Of a DNA stretch of 64,000 bases, positions 50,051 through 61,350 are shown in pieces (the first letter of the stretch is position 1; each line of letters starts with the position of its first letter). The DNA comes from Marsupella aquatica (Eukaryota; Plantae; Marchantiophyta). The position numbers and the translations under genes are program-made. The notes beneath the pieces were generated by a model. The model did not search any database and had not been told where the DNA came from. It saw only the letters and a list, made by a program, of their open reading frames with translations. The stretch is from positions 9,925,660-9,989,659 of the forward strand of contig OZ316893.1 in NCBI GenBank assembly GCA_973895155.1. The letters are read 5' to 3'.

Positions 50051-50438
50051 GGACCAGAAACCTTCGTGGCAGGCCTCGTAAACGGAAGCCAACAAAACCC
50101 GTTTCTGAAGGTTTCGCTGATGCTACCCTCTCTCAATGTTGAAATTCTTTGGCTACCACCAAGAGAGCAGACTAGTGTCCTCCCAGATTGGCACCCGGAG
50201 CTCTATGAGCTTGCCAACACATTCCTTGTGGCCTCGAGTACTCTGTGGACCAGAAACCTTCGTGGCAGGCCTCGTAAACGGAAGCCAACAAAACCCGTTT
50301 CTGAAGGTTTCGCTGATGCTACCCTCTCTCAATGTTGAAATTCTTTGGCTACCACCAAGAGAGCAGACTAGTGTCCTCCCAGATTGGCACCCGGAGCTCT
50401 ATGAGCTTGCCAACACATTCCTTGTGGCCTCGAGTACT
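50051..50438. repeat. Near-identical 192-bp tandem duplication (period 196)
   Basis: GGACCAGAAACC...GCCTCGAGTACT at 50051-50242 and 50247-50438. Confidence 0.93.
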
Positions 50439-52890
50439 TTACTGGCAGTAAAGGAGGGAACCCCAAAACGAGGATTCCAAGGCAGTCTCCAGCACGTTCG
50501 TAGTACATCTCAAAACGGTGGACCACATAGAGATTGCCGGCCACGGTACATCAGGACATGGTTTTTCACAAGCACTGCAATTCCAAGGTGCACCCTAAAT
50601 CTAACAAAACGTGGGACGGGTGCAGAGGATGGCGTGTGTCTATAACATTGAGTCTGCCATTCGCATCCACAGTTGGCACGTCGCTGTGGAAAAGTTTCGC
50701 GTGTGTTCACTGAGTTCTTAGTTTACGTGTGGTCCTTGAGACTCATAGAAACCTAATTGCATCCATGTATAAGAGCATCTCCAGTGATCATTGAGTCCAC
50801 TATATGTTGAGTGGGACCCGTAATGTTCAGCAAAAGGTTCGCAAAAGAGGAGTCTCAAAGGAGGGTTGTAAGGAAAAGTCACAGGACACCAATTGTACCC
50901 ATAAAACACATTAGGACCAGACTTTATGGGTTATTAGTGCATGTCAAAGTTCTCCTCTAACCAAAGTGTTACAGTTAAATTTTTTGTCCTGGTCTTAACA
51001 ATGTTTTATGTCCTAAGCCAGAATTGAGGTATGCATTGAGGCTGTGCTTTGACACTCCCTATTGGTTGCAGGGGATATGCATTAACCTGTGCCAAAAGGG
51101 ATAAGTTATGGGTATTCACTCTCAAAATAAGTGCTGTTGGCCAGTCCTTGTCCAACAAACCCAACCCTATTACCTTGACAAGCAGTCACAATAACATTCT
51201 AATCATACATAGTGATTCACATGCCATTTCTGTCCCTAGATGACGCAATGTTGTGATGACTCGATGTTGTGATGACTCTATGTTGTGATGAAGCTAATTC
51301 AAAGTTTCAGAGTTACATTACGGGTTTCTGTTAGTGGTCATGACACTATCTTATGGAAAGCCAATTTTGGCCTCTTGCATCTTTTATGGCCGTTCTTGTA
51401 ATTTAGTCCTAACTTACGTGTAAGAAACCGTCGGCTCCAGACTAGACATCAATTGCCAAACATGAGAGCATTCAATCTCATACTACATCAACAAGACACC
51501 ACGATGGAAAAACTCCTGAAGAATCCATAGTTCATGAGAAAGTACATGTGAAAAATGAGAGACATAATGTTCTCTCTCCAACCTATACCCCCCGGGGGGG
51601 GGGGGGGGGGGGGGGCTGAGATGTGTGGACATAAGCAAAGCGGATCTTATCCTAATGTAACCAAAGGTTAAACTAACCCTAGTGAGGCCAAACTAACTAA
51701 AAGCCGGGAACACAAGTCAATTCCTAACATTACAACCAACTCAAAACTTGTTGAGACCCCCTACTATAACCTTATCTAAACCAGACCCTGTAAGGTTTAG
51801 CAAAAAAGGCAACCCCAATGGGTTAATGGAACTCTATTCAATTGTGACGCATAGATGAATAAGAGCATAACTCATGGTTATTGGGTTGGTCCACTCTCAT
51901 GCATGTTGACCAGACCCAATAAGGCTGAACAAAAATGGCAACCTCAATGGGTTGGTCTATTGTAAAGCTATGTTTACCAGACCCCGTAAGGTGTAGCCAA
52001 AAAGCAACCCTATATTTGGAACTCTATGCAGTTGTCAGCCTTACTAGGTTTTTTGGTTACACAATCTCTATAGGAACAGTTCTATATGCTACTACACATT
52101 TACTCTTACTCAAGACCATTTTTAGTTTCAAATTGATTTATTAGTACTATTGCGATGCTTCTTAAATACAGTAACAATGTGTTCAGGACAAAATGAGGGC
52201 TTTAGCCTAATTTTTGGGTCACTATTATTGCCTGCCCAGGTTACAAAGAATTAATACTTTAATCGAGACTTTAATAGCTTAACAAATAATTGTACTCCCA
52301 CTGTTTGTGGTTCTTTTTTTCTCTTCTTTCTCACCTACCAAGACATATTAAGTAGAGGACAAATCTCACCATGACTTGCACAGCATTTGAAGTGCATTCC
52401 CTAAAATATTTAATTTCATTCCTACTATATATTTCTCTTGTTCTTTTTTTCCTTTGAGCCCACATAATCATGCAGCATTATCAGGTGATGGGAAGCTGCA
52501 ATTATATACTTCTCTTCTCCAAAGAGGTTTGATTAAGGTTTGCAGCTCTGCCAACTCTCTACTATTCGATGCAATCTACGGCTCAAAATCTAGACCTAAA
52601 AGAGATTTACCACTGAGGAAAAACAGCATTGGAAAATCTTGAATAATAAAACAACAAAGGAAAAAAAATGATGCCTGCATTGTGATTGATTGAATTTGCA
52701 TTCTGGGGGAAAACTTGCATATCTAGATTATCTCCTTTGTTGCCTCTAGACATTTTATTCATCCCTGCCCCAGTGTACTCCCATGTGGGATGCAATGCAA
52801 GTAAAAGTGTACTTGCCCCTCCCCTTGGTACGTGCATGAAATGAGTACACTACATGAAAACAAGTGTACTTGGCAACTATTTCATTCAAA

Positions 52891-53386
52891 AAGTAACTCT
52901 TTTGGGGCATAATACATACCTTGCCCTGATTTTTTCTATTTATCATGATCCCACTGTTTATGTTAGTCAGTTAAGGAAATTAACCTGGGTTAGCTCCTTC
53001 ACATCCATTGACTATCATTGCACCTAGTCCTGGAGTTGGATGGCTTTGGTCTCCTTCACGGTGACTTTGACCACCCTCAATAGGACAGGCAAAGTGGGTG
53101 GCAGAGGACTGGTTGTGAGCAAGGACAGGTTGGCCTTGGACACAGGCTATGTGTAGGATGGGAGGATCGGACCATCCTACCCACCCCTCGGTCAACTGAT
53201 CCAAGGGTGGTCAAATTCATCTTGAGGGAGACCATGCTGTTCAATTGGAAAATTGGGAACAATGACAATTGGATGTGAAGGAGCTACCCTGGTTAGTTTT
53301 CTTAACACCAACAAAAATTGTGGCATTTGTGATAAGAAAAGAAAAACCAGTGGCAAGGTATGTATTATGCCAAAAAAGAGTGACAA
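52891..53386. repeat. Imperfect inverted repeat / foldback (~130-bp arms, ~240-bp spacer), probably an old MITE
   Basis: 52891-53022 is the reverse complement of ~53259-53386, sharing GGATGTGAAGGAGCTA and GGCAAGGTATGTATTATGCC. Confidence 0.7.
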
Positions 53387-55212
53387 TCTCTTGACGGGCA
53401 ATCTGGTAATTCCCAGTTTAAACAAAACAATAAAGTTTATCATTGTATGGAAGCATATATTGTCATATTTTGATGTGTGAATTAATCGGAACCCTTTTAT
53501 AACAGTATTGTCTTCCCCCAAACACAAGGCCATGGTATTGTATTCAAATAGTGGGCCATGCCTGGGGTGCTTTATTTGAATACAGTGCCCAGTGCGTTGT
53601 GTTTGAGTTTTGACTCTCAATTTTCACCTGGTTTTCTGTGCTTGCGGTGTTGTGTTTAAAATGTGACATTGTGTTGGAGTATTGGCATTGTGGTTGAATT
53701 TTGACATTATGGGATGAATGGAGGGCATAAGCAACAATGACAGGCATAGTTAACTATTGTGTCTTATTTAGAGAGAAATGCTGGAGTTCAAGCTTCTTCC
53801 ACTTCCCAACAATATTTCCTCCCAGAAAGGAATGTGTAGGTAAATAATTTGACCACTGAAAGAGGATTTAAAGTACATCTTTATGATTTCTGGTAGTTTG
53901 GAGACAGATGTAATTATTTGTACAGGGTAAAGTTGTTGATTGGCATTTCGACGGAGTATGTCTGGGCCATATTTCTCCCAAAATTGTTGCCACCATTGCT
54001 TTTCTTCTACTCTAACTGTAATGTGGAGATACAAATTAGAACACTCAATTGATATGACAACCATTCCAGTTGCCCATCTGCTTGTAACGATGAGGCTCAG
54101 AGAATGGATTTGTGTCATGCAATTGATTTCATGAACTCACATCTTTGGTGCTCAATGTCATTACTTTCATTAGGGTCCAACTTGAACAGAGGGCCAAATT
54201 CAAACACAACGCCCACTTCAAAAACAACGCCCGGGAGTTATGTTCAATGGACCAAGTGCTCTAATTGAAAGCACTTTTTTATTATGGGACCAAACAAATT
54301 CCATTTTTGAACGGGGAAATGGTAATTTTGATATAAGTTCTTCTGCGTGGAGGAAGGCACCAACGAAGTGGACGAAAAGCCCACAAGAAATTGCTCTTCA
54401 GACCAGAGCCGTTCGATACGAAGAGATGACATACTCTGATGTCACCGGGACCGCCACCTCGAGATGAAAATTATTTTACGCATTTTGAACAGTAAAATTC
54501 TGCTGCAAGACTGCTTTTGCGGATTAAAAAAGGTTCTGTAAGAGGTCATTTGTCATCCGTCTTCAGTCACAGAGAGCAGTCCACAAAGAGCGGAGCTCAA
54601 TGACATTGAGACACGCATTCTCACGAGGCTACATCGATTGGCTGCCAGAGAATCTGCATGTACACGTACCTGCTTTCTCTAGAGGGGCCACTGCAGGGAG
54701 CTAGAGAGCAGCCCCTCATGAGACTCTTCAGAGCGCTGGATCCCAAGAGCTGGACCTCGTATGGGTGACCTTTGCATCCGTTCGGGATCGGTAGCCCAGT
54801 TTGGGTTCGGGAAATTCTCAATCTTCTGATGTCACTCAGGAACTGGTGAGCATTTCGAATCATGGGCCTCAGGCGATGTCTTCCTCCTCAGGCGTACTGA
54901 TTGAGGTCTCCCAATAGTCGTGTTTCAATTTGTTGGTGTCTTTCTGTCTTGTGCAGGAAACGTCTTGAGTTTGTAGCAAACGTAAGTATACCAGGTCTCT
55001 TCGTGTCTTCTTCGTCTGGTGGAAAGAATTGTGCTCTAGTGGTCGTCATCGGTCTGCTTCGTGAAGTCACCTGTCTGAATCCTAGTCACGTTGATTGCAA
55101 GTTATTCGGATTGTAGGGATCTAACTCTGTTGTGGGTACCCGTTGATTGTGAGTTCAGACAGGTGAATCACTCAAAAGGAAGGCTGGCTCACTCACAAGC
55201 TGCTCAAGAGCT

Positions 55213-56436
55213 ATGACTCCCCTACGAGGGCTGGCCTCGACGTCGTGCTTAGAAGAAAGACGAGGGTATCATCAGGGCATGGGCATGTTACCGGACTACC
55301 TGTACAAGTTGGGTGGTATGCAGGGGAGCCCACTGAGGAATTCTGAAGGCAGTGGTGCTGGAAATGCTCAACGTGCGTCCTCCTCCACACCTGCCTCGTC
55401 TTTGTCATCATTGAATCTGTTGAGAAGGAACTTAGGTAGTTCTAGTTCACCAGCTACGAGTGGTGATTACAATGGACACTCTCGTTTGGAGCCTAGAAGG
55501 CCAAATGCTCGGGGCAGCAGATTCATGGTTCCCTCAGCGGTTGAATCTGGCGGCATTGAGCTCTACTCCGCGAATTACTTTTACACTTGCGCAGTCGGTG
55601 GCGCCATATGCTGTGGATTGACGCATTGTTCAATGACCCCTGTAGACGTGATCAAGTGCAATATGCAGATTGATCCGGTCAAATACAACAGCATCTTGGG
55701 TGGATTTAAAACCGCTTATACGGAGGCAGGGATTGCTGGCCTAGTGAGGGGGTGGGTGCCAACTCTGTTTGGGTACACCGTTCAGGGTGCTGGTAAGTAC
55801 GGTTTCTATGAGTTGTTTAAGTACTACTATGGAGAAAAGGTTGGGCCAGAAGCTGCTCAGCAGTATAAGACCTTGCTTTACCTGTCTGCCTCTGCATCTG
55901 CAGAATTCCTGGCAGACATAGGGCTCTGTCCATTTGAGGCTGTGAAGGTACGCGTACAAACCCAACCAGGATATGCGAAGGGTATATCTGATGGGCTTCC
56001 CAAATTGCTGGCCTCCGATGGATTTGCCGGTTTGTACAAGGGAATCGTCCCACTCTGGGGAAGGCAAATCCCTTACACCATGATGAAGTTCTCCACGTTT
56101 GAAACCACAGTTGAATATCTGTACAAGAATGTTGTGACGGTCCCAAAGGACGAACTTGGAGGGCTAGGTCAGCTTGGGGTCAGCTTTGTGGCCGGTTACA
56201 TTGCAGGGATTGCCTGCGCCGTCATCTCACATCCTGCTGACAATCTTGTGTCCTTCCTTAATAACAAAAAAGGAGCCACAGTCTCGCAGGCATTTGAGGA
56301 GATGGGAACACTGGCACTTTTCACCCGAGGACTTCCTCTTCGGATCTTCATGATTGGAACCCTCACTGCTGCGCAATGGGTAATTTATGACGCCTTCAAA
56401 GTATATGTTGGCCTGCCTACCACGGGTGGTCACTAG
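55213..56436 (+). CDS. Mitochondrial phosphate carrier (SLC25 family, PHT3/MPT-like), single coding exon
   Basis: IELYSANYFYTCAVGGAICCGLTH, TPVDVIKCNMQIDP, RGWVPTLFGY, KYGFYELFK, CPFEAVKVRVQTQPG, LWGRQIPYTMMKF, HPADNLVSFLNN, FTRGLPLRIFMIGTLT, QWVIYDAFKV. The true start may be one of several Met codons between 55213 and 55318. Confidence 0.95.
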   Translation: MTPLRGLASTSCLEERRGYHQGMGMLPDYLYKLGGMQGSPLRNSEGSGAGNAQRASSSTPASSLSSLNLLRRNLGSSSSPATSGDYNGHSRLEPRRPNARGSRFMVPSAVESGGIELYSANYFYTCAVGGAICCGLTHCSMTPVDVIKCNMQIDPVKYNSILGGFKTAYTEAGIAGLVRGWVPTLFGYTVQGAGKYGFYELFKYYYGEKVGPEAAQQYKTLLYLSASASAEFLADIGLCPFEAVKVRVQTQPGYAKGISDGLPKLLASDGFAGLYKGIVPLWGRQIPYTMMKFSTFETTVEYLYKNVVTVPKDELGGLGQLGVSFVAGYIAGIACAVISHPADNLVSFLNNKKGATVSQAFEEMGTLALFTRGLPLRIFMIGTLTAAQWVIYDAFKVYVGLPTTGGH

Positions 56437-58229
56437 GAAAGTCTTCGCTGCAAAAGTCGTAATAACCAATTGAAGGGCCAAAGCGGAATGGCTTGTCAAG
56501 GACAAATAGCATTCCACTGCAAACGATGGAGTCCTGATTTTCCTTGAATGTGGCAGTTTTTCAAAAATGATTTTGATTGAACTAGAAACGATTAGGACAT
56601 CAGCGCCCTTCATTCCCGAATGACTTCTAAGATCCCTTTGCCAGTCTCGAGCGAGTGAAAGTTTGCCATCAATTCGAAGGATACATTTGAAAGTCTTTGA
56701 GACTATCGGTAGTTCACATGATCTGGCAAGGTGAAAGTGGGTGTCGATCTTCGTGAGTGGTTATCTAGAGACAGTAGAGGTGGCATGAGTTTCAGCTTGA
56801 AAGCATATGTACATTTTGTTCATAATGAGATTCACTTTTTCTCTACAGCTGATGTTCAATTATGCGCAGTGCAAATTTAGTTAACCTACTGGTAGATTGA
56901 TCTCCGTAGAGTACCAGGTCTTCGAATGAATTCGGCCTCTGTAATGTTGGTTTTATTTGGTTTTGGTTCCTTGGTCTTGGCATTGGATTCGGATCTTGTT
57001 TGTCTCTTCTGTGTATCTAGTTACTTAGAATTGCCATCCTTTCTTTCGTCCTTGGTGTGCGTTTCGTTGCTTCGAAGGAGTAAGGATTCTGTAACACTCC
57101 TACATGCCTTCTATTTACAGGCTCGATTACAATCTCATGATTGAATCTCTAGGAATTCGGTGCCTTACAATTTGTGTACATGCTGGGCATACAATCAAGA
57201 TTTACGATCGGCTTTTTGCACTTGGACAACTAAGTGCACCAAGCCCAATGCCACAAGCTTTGGTTACCGACGAATGTCAACAAAGAAGAGTGCATAGAAT
57301 AAATGAATCAGCTTAAATTATCTGATCCAATGCACCTTTGCATCATACTGAATATTGGGCGAGTCGGTTTTCCCTGAGTAACTGGAGTGACTCCATGGAT
57401 GTCTGCTTTGACAAACAAAGTGCAGCATTTGGTTTTGGAAATGATCAGTTCCATATTGTATTGTTTGGCAAATGCAAAAGGAGTAATTACTCTGCATGTG
57501 TTACAAGTTACGACAAACATGGCTCAATTCAATACATATGTTTTTGATTTCCAATTGTGAGGTGGTCATCATTCCGCTCGTCACTCTGATGTTGCAAATT
57601 ATTTTCATGACTAGATGTCCGTTGTAGTCCTCCATAGACATGTGAAGGTGAGTAAAGAGGGAAAGAGTCTTAGAGCCACGCTGAGTGCTGCGGGTCCAGA
57701 AAGCCATCATCCTTGTTCATGTCAGTGGTAGCAACGCTCTTCCTTCTCTGTTGGGTGAAATCTCTTTTTTCGTGCCCGTGAAGCAAGAGGAAAGAGAGAA
57801 CTAAAGAGAAACCCGTATCCTAGTTTCTACCAGTTTTCAACTTGTAAGATATATGTTCATGCTATGGGCGGAGTCTTGTAATGTAGTTTCTAACAAGATC
57901 GGTTTATGTGGGGCAGCTGTTTCTCAAAAGGTGGTCAGGGTATCGATGACCTACCAGCAGTGCCTATGATGTTCATTTCTTCTCCTATGCCGGTAGTCCT
58001 TGAGAAACTTCCTTCCAACGGTGTACTTCTCACTGGTCTTATAATGGAGATAGTTGGCAAATTAGCCCTGTTGAAGCTAGGATGAGCATCATGTCCTACA
58101 CGCCTGCCTTGCTACCCAACACCTGCTATGTCAGAATCCCATCATAATCTGGAGGTAGACTTTAGGCTGTTCAAAAGTAGCTTCAGGAGGCAGCCCTCAG
58201 GCTCCACTAGCCCAATGTCCTTGTGTTGC

Positions 58230-58635
58230 AGAGAATATGTTGAGATCAGGAAAATATGTTGAGATCAGGAAAATATGTTGAGGTTAAAAAAAAAGACGTT
58301 GATGAGAGGAAAAGGTGTCGAGGTGAGGAAAATAAATCGAGGTGAGAGAAAGATGTTGATGAGAGAAAAGATGGCGAGGTGAGAAAAAGGTGTAACGATG
58401 AGAAAGAGATGTTGAGGGTGAAATAAAGATGTCAAGGTGAGCTGAAGATGTGAAGGTGAGAAATATGTAAGATGCTGAGGAGTAAAAGATGTCAAGGCAG
58501 GTGAGAAAAGATTTCGAGGAAAGAAAAAGCTGTCGTGGAGAGAAAACATGTTGAGGGTGAGAAAAATGTTGTCATGAGATAAAAATATCATTGTGAGAGA
58601 AAAATGACAAGATGTGAAAAAGATGTCAAGGCAAG
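58230..58635. repeat. Degenerate purine-rich ~19-20-bp minisatellite
   Basis: Repeating GAGAAAAAGATGT..GAGGT-like units, starting with the exact duplication AATATGTTGAGATCAGGA. Confidence 0.7.
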
Positions 58636-59399
58636 GTTGTTGTGGTGGTGTTCAATAACCCTTGCATTGGACATAAGAGACCCAAGATAATGTCCCAATG
58701 CCCTGACCCTCGCTTCCAAATACCGCATCATACTGTCCAAGCACAACAGAGTGATAGGATTTTTGTTTCAAATTTTTAGAGAGAAGAATGTTTAAATATT
58801 TATAGTGAAGTTTTTTGCAAATTTAAAGCTAATCACAAATTTAATGCCCTGAATATTTTAGTGACTCTCCGTACCCCCTACCCGAATTATAAAAGGAGAA
58901 CTTGTCTCCAAGACTTTTCTTTTTCACATTCTTTTCTTCTAGAGTGAGACTTGGCTCCACAATGTCAGGAAAAAAGTTCTAAAAATGGTGAAACCTGGTG
59001 ACTCCAGGTTTTGTCATGGACAGTGGCACTCTAAGAATGGCCTGGTGCAAGGCCTTATGTAGGGCTTATGGGGGCTTGTGGCTTTTGGTTACCCCTGCAA
59101 AGGAGGGTGCCTGTATATGCAGGCCTTGTACAGGGCTTAGGGAGGGCTTGTGGTATTTACAAATGGCCTTGTGTGAGGCCCTATGAAGGGCTTATGAAGG
59201 CTTGTGGCATTTGGGAACCTGTGCGCAGGAGGGTGACCATGAGTGCATGGCAGGGAAGCCCCGGTTTGGACTTGCCCGGCAAATAGGCCGTTTTAAGGCC
59301 GTCAACCGGCAAGCCGACACCCGGTCTCTCCCGGTCGGCATCATCCGGTCCCGGCCCGAGTAAATCCGGTCCCGGCCTGAGTACTCCCGGTCCTCTTCC

Positions 59400-59879
59400 C
59401 TCCCGGCCCCGGACCCTAAACCCCCCCCGGCCCGGACCCCGGATCCTTCCCCCTCCCGACCCCGGACCATTCACCCTCCCGGCCCCGGACCCTAAACTTC
59501 CCCCGGCCCGGACCCTTCACCCTCCCGGCCCGGACCCTAACGCCCCCCCCCCGCCCGGACCCTACAGCTCTCCCGGCCCGGACCCTAAAGCCCCCCCCCC
59601 GGCCCGGACCCTAAAGCCCCCCCCCCGGCCCGGACCCTACAGCCCCCCCGGCCCGGACCCTAAAGCTCCCCCCCGGCCCGGACCCTAAAGCCCCCCCCCC
59701 AGCCCGGACCCTAAACCCCCCCTCCCGGCCCGGACCCTAAAGCCCCCCCCCCTCCCGGCCCGGACTCTAAAGCCCCCCCCCGCCCCGGTCCCTAATTCCC
59801 CGCCTCGGTCCCTAAAGCCCCCCCGGCCCGGCCCACCCCCGCCTCGGGCGGGGGTGGGCCGGGCCGGGGGGCTTTAGGG
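59400..59879. repeat. GC-rich minisatellite (GGCCCGGACCCTAAAGCCCCCCCC-like units) ending in a long hairpin
   Basis: More than a dozen ~25-30-bp units. 59810-59879 is a near-perfect inverted repeat. Confidence 0.9.
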
Positions 59880-60774
59880 TTAGGTCGCGAGAGGAGGGCA
59901 GCCGCCGGGAGGGATCGGGCTCGGCCACCCAGGGTCGGCTTGCGAGGTGGGGGGGGGGCAGACCGGGACCGGGGCTATAAAGTGAGGAGGTCTCCTCACT
60001 TTCTCTCATTACTAACTTCTCAACTAAGTTTGCTTGTTTTGTAGGAGAAGCCTTTGGTAAGTTTTTCTTGCTTTTGCTTATGTTTTGCTTAGTTTTGAGT
60101 TTAGTTCACTAGTTTTTGAATTGTTTTGAGTCTTTTTTTTGCTATGCTTTGCCATGTATGATTTTAACATTTAGTTTTAATTTGGAGGGATATTAGTGTT
60201 CTCACGTATGCGCATGCTTGGAGCTTATGCTTGGCATGTGGTATTTTGTATGAGAGAACCTAATATCGCCTTAACAGTTTAGTGTGATTTGTGAATTGAG
60301 TGGAGTATTTTCTAGGATAGAGATTTTCATGTACGCATGCTTGGAGTTTCCGCTCGGCATGTGGTACTCTGCATGGATATCTCGATTCCTTGTAAATATT
60401 TCCACAACATTTACAAATGACATCTAAACTATAGGTTTCACATAGATTGGAATAGGAATGTAACAACTTGAAGGAAAAGACATCTTTTGTGCGCATGCTT
60501 GGAGTTTCGGCTTGGCATGTGGTATTTCACATAGTTGTCTTTCCCCTTCATCGTTGTTACTTTCAAAGTACTAAACAAAGGAATAAAAAATTGAACAAAT
60601 ATTAAAATTTCATTGCTTGGGTATTATTGGTACCAACACAAAGTGTGAAATGACATTTCAGGATTGTTGATCCAGCTTTATTGTACTTGCATCATCCATA
60701 CCCTCGGCAAGCAGCCAACACACTCCGTAAGCGCCTATTCTTTGTCCTACAACTTGTTGTGGTTACTTGACAAC

Positions 60775-61350
60775 ATGGCCGCTGCAAATGTGAGTGTAGA
60801 GTATATGAAACTTTTTGAGGCAATGAAGACCATGCTAAACGAGGGATACCAACCAGATCCTCATGCCCTCAATGCTCTAAGGAATGCTCGCAAAACCTTA
60901 GAAATTTGTAAACATGGCAAAACCTTAGGGAAACGAAAACATAGAGGAGGAGCAATTGGTGCTGCATTGAAAGAGAGAAGGCAACATGTGTTAGTTGCAA
61001 TTTGGAAAAAGATTCTATATCCCTACACTTTGCCAGCACAGTATGAGCAGGATGGCTTTGAGAGGAAGTATGCTATGCATGGAGCAGAGGGTTACAAAAA
61101 CCTTTTAAATGACATGGGACGTTGCATGCGTGAGACTATGGAGAAAGAAGAGGACATGACCCGAGATGAAATTGCTGCCTTAATAAGTGATTTTGAGAAG
61201 CCGGGTGGATTTGTTGAACATTTGGCGTTGAACTTTGCGGTAAATCTTTGGGATAAGTTGGAATCCAATTTGGATGAGGCTGGGGCCGTCATGCTTGGAG
61301 TTCCTGGGCTATACACACATAGTCTCGTACTGCTTCAAACCTTGGCATAG
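60775..61350 (+). CDS. Orphan, probably TE-derived helical protein (191 aa), possibly 3'-truncated
   Basis: ATG at 60775 in good context (AACATGG) and protein-like composition. Upstream are a TATAAA (~59976) and intron-like GTAAG (~60057) / TTTCAG (60661) signals. The last ~40 nt overlap the opposite-strand remnant. Confidence 0.4.
   Translation: MAAANVSVEYMKLFEAMKTMLNEGYQPDPHALNALRNARKTLEICKHGKTLGKRKHRGGAIGAALKERRQHVLVAIWKKILYPYTLPAQYEQDGFERKYAMHGAEGYKNLLNDMGRCMRETMEKEEDMTRDEIAALISDFEKPGGFVEHLALNFAVNLWDKLESNLDEAGAVMLGVPGLYTHSLVLLQTLA

Noticed and set aside
49895-50645. 147- and 169-aa ORFs with repeated peptides
   Set aside because: Produced by the 196-bp-period duplication; non-ATG starts and no recognisable domain.
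60211-60526. CRISPR-like repeat-spacer pattern
   Set aside because: Only three imperfect repeats, long unequal spacers, no cas genes, and a eukaryotic context.
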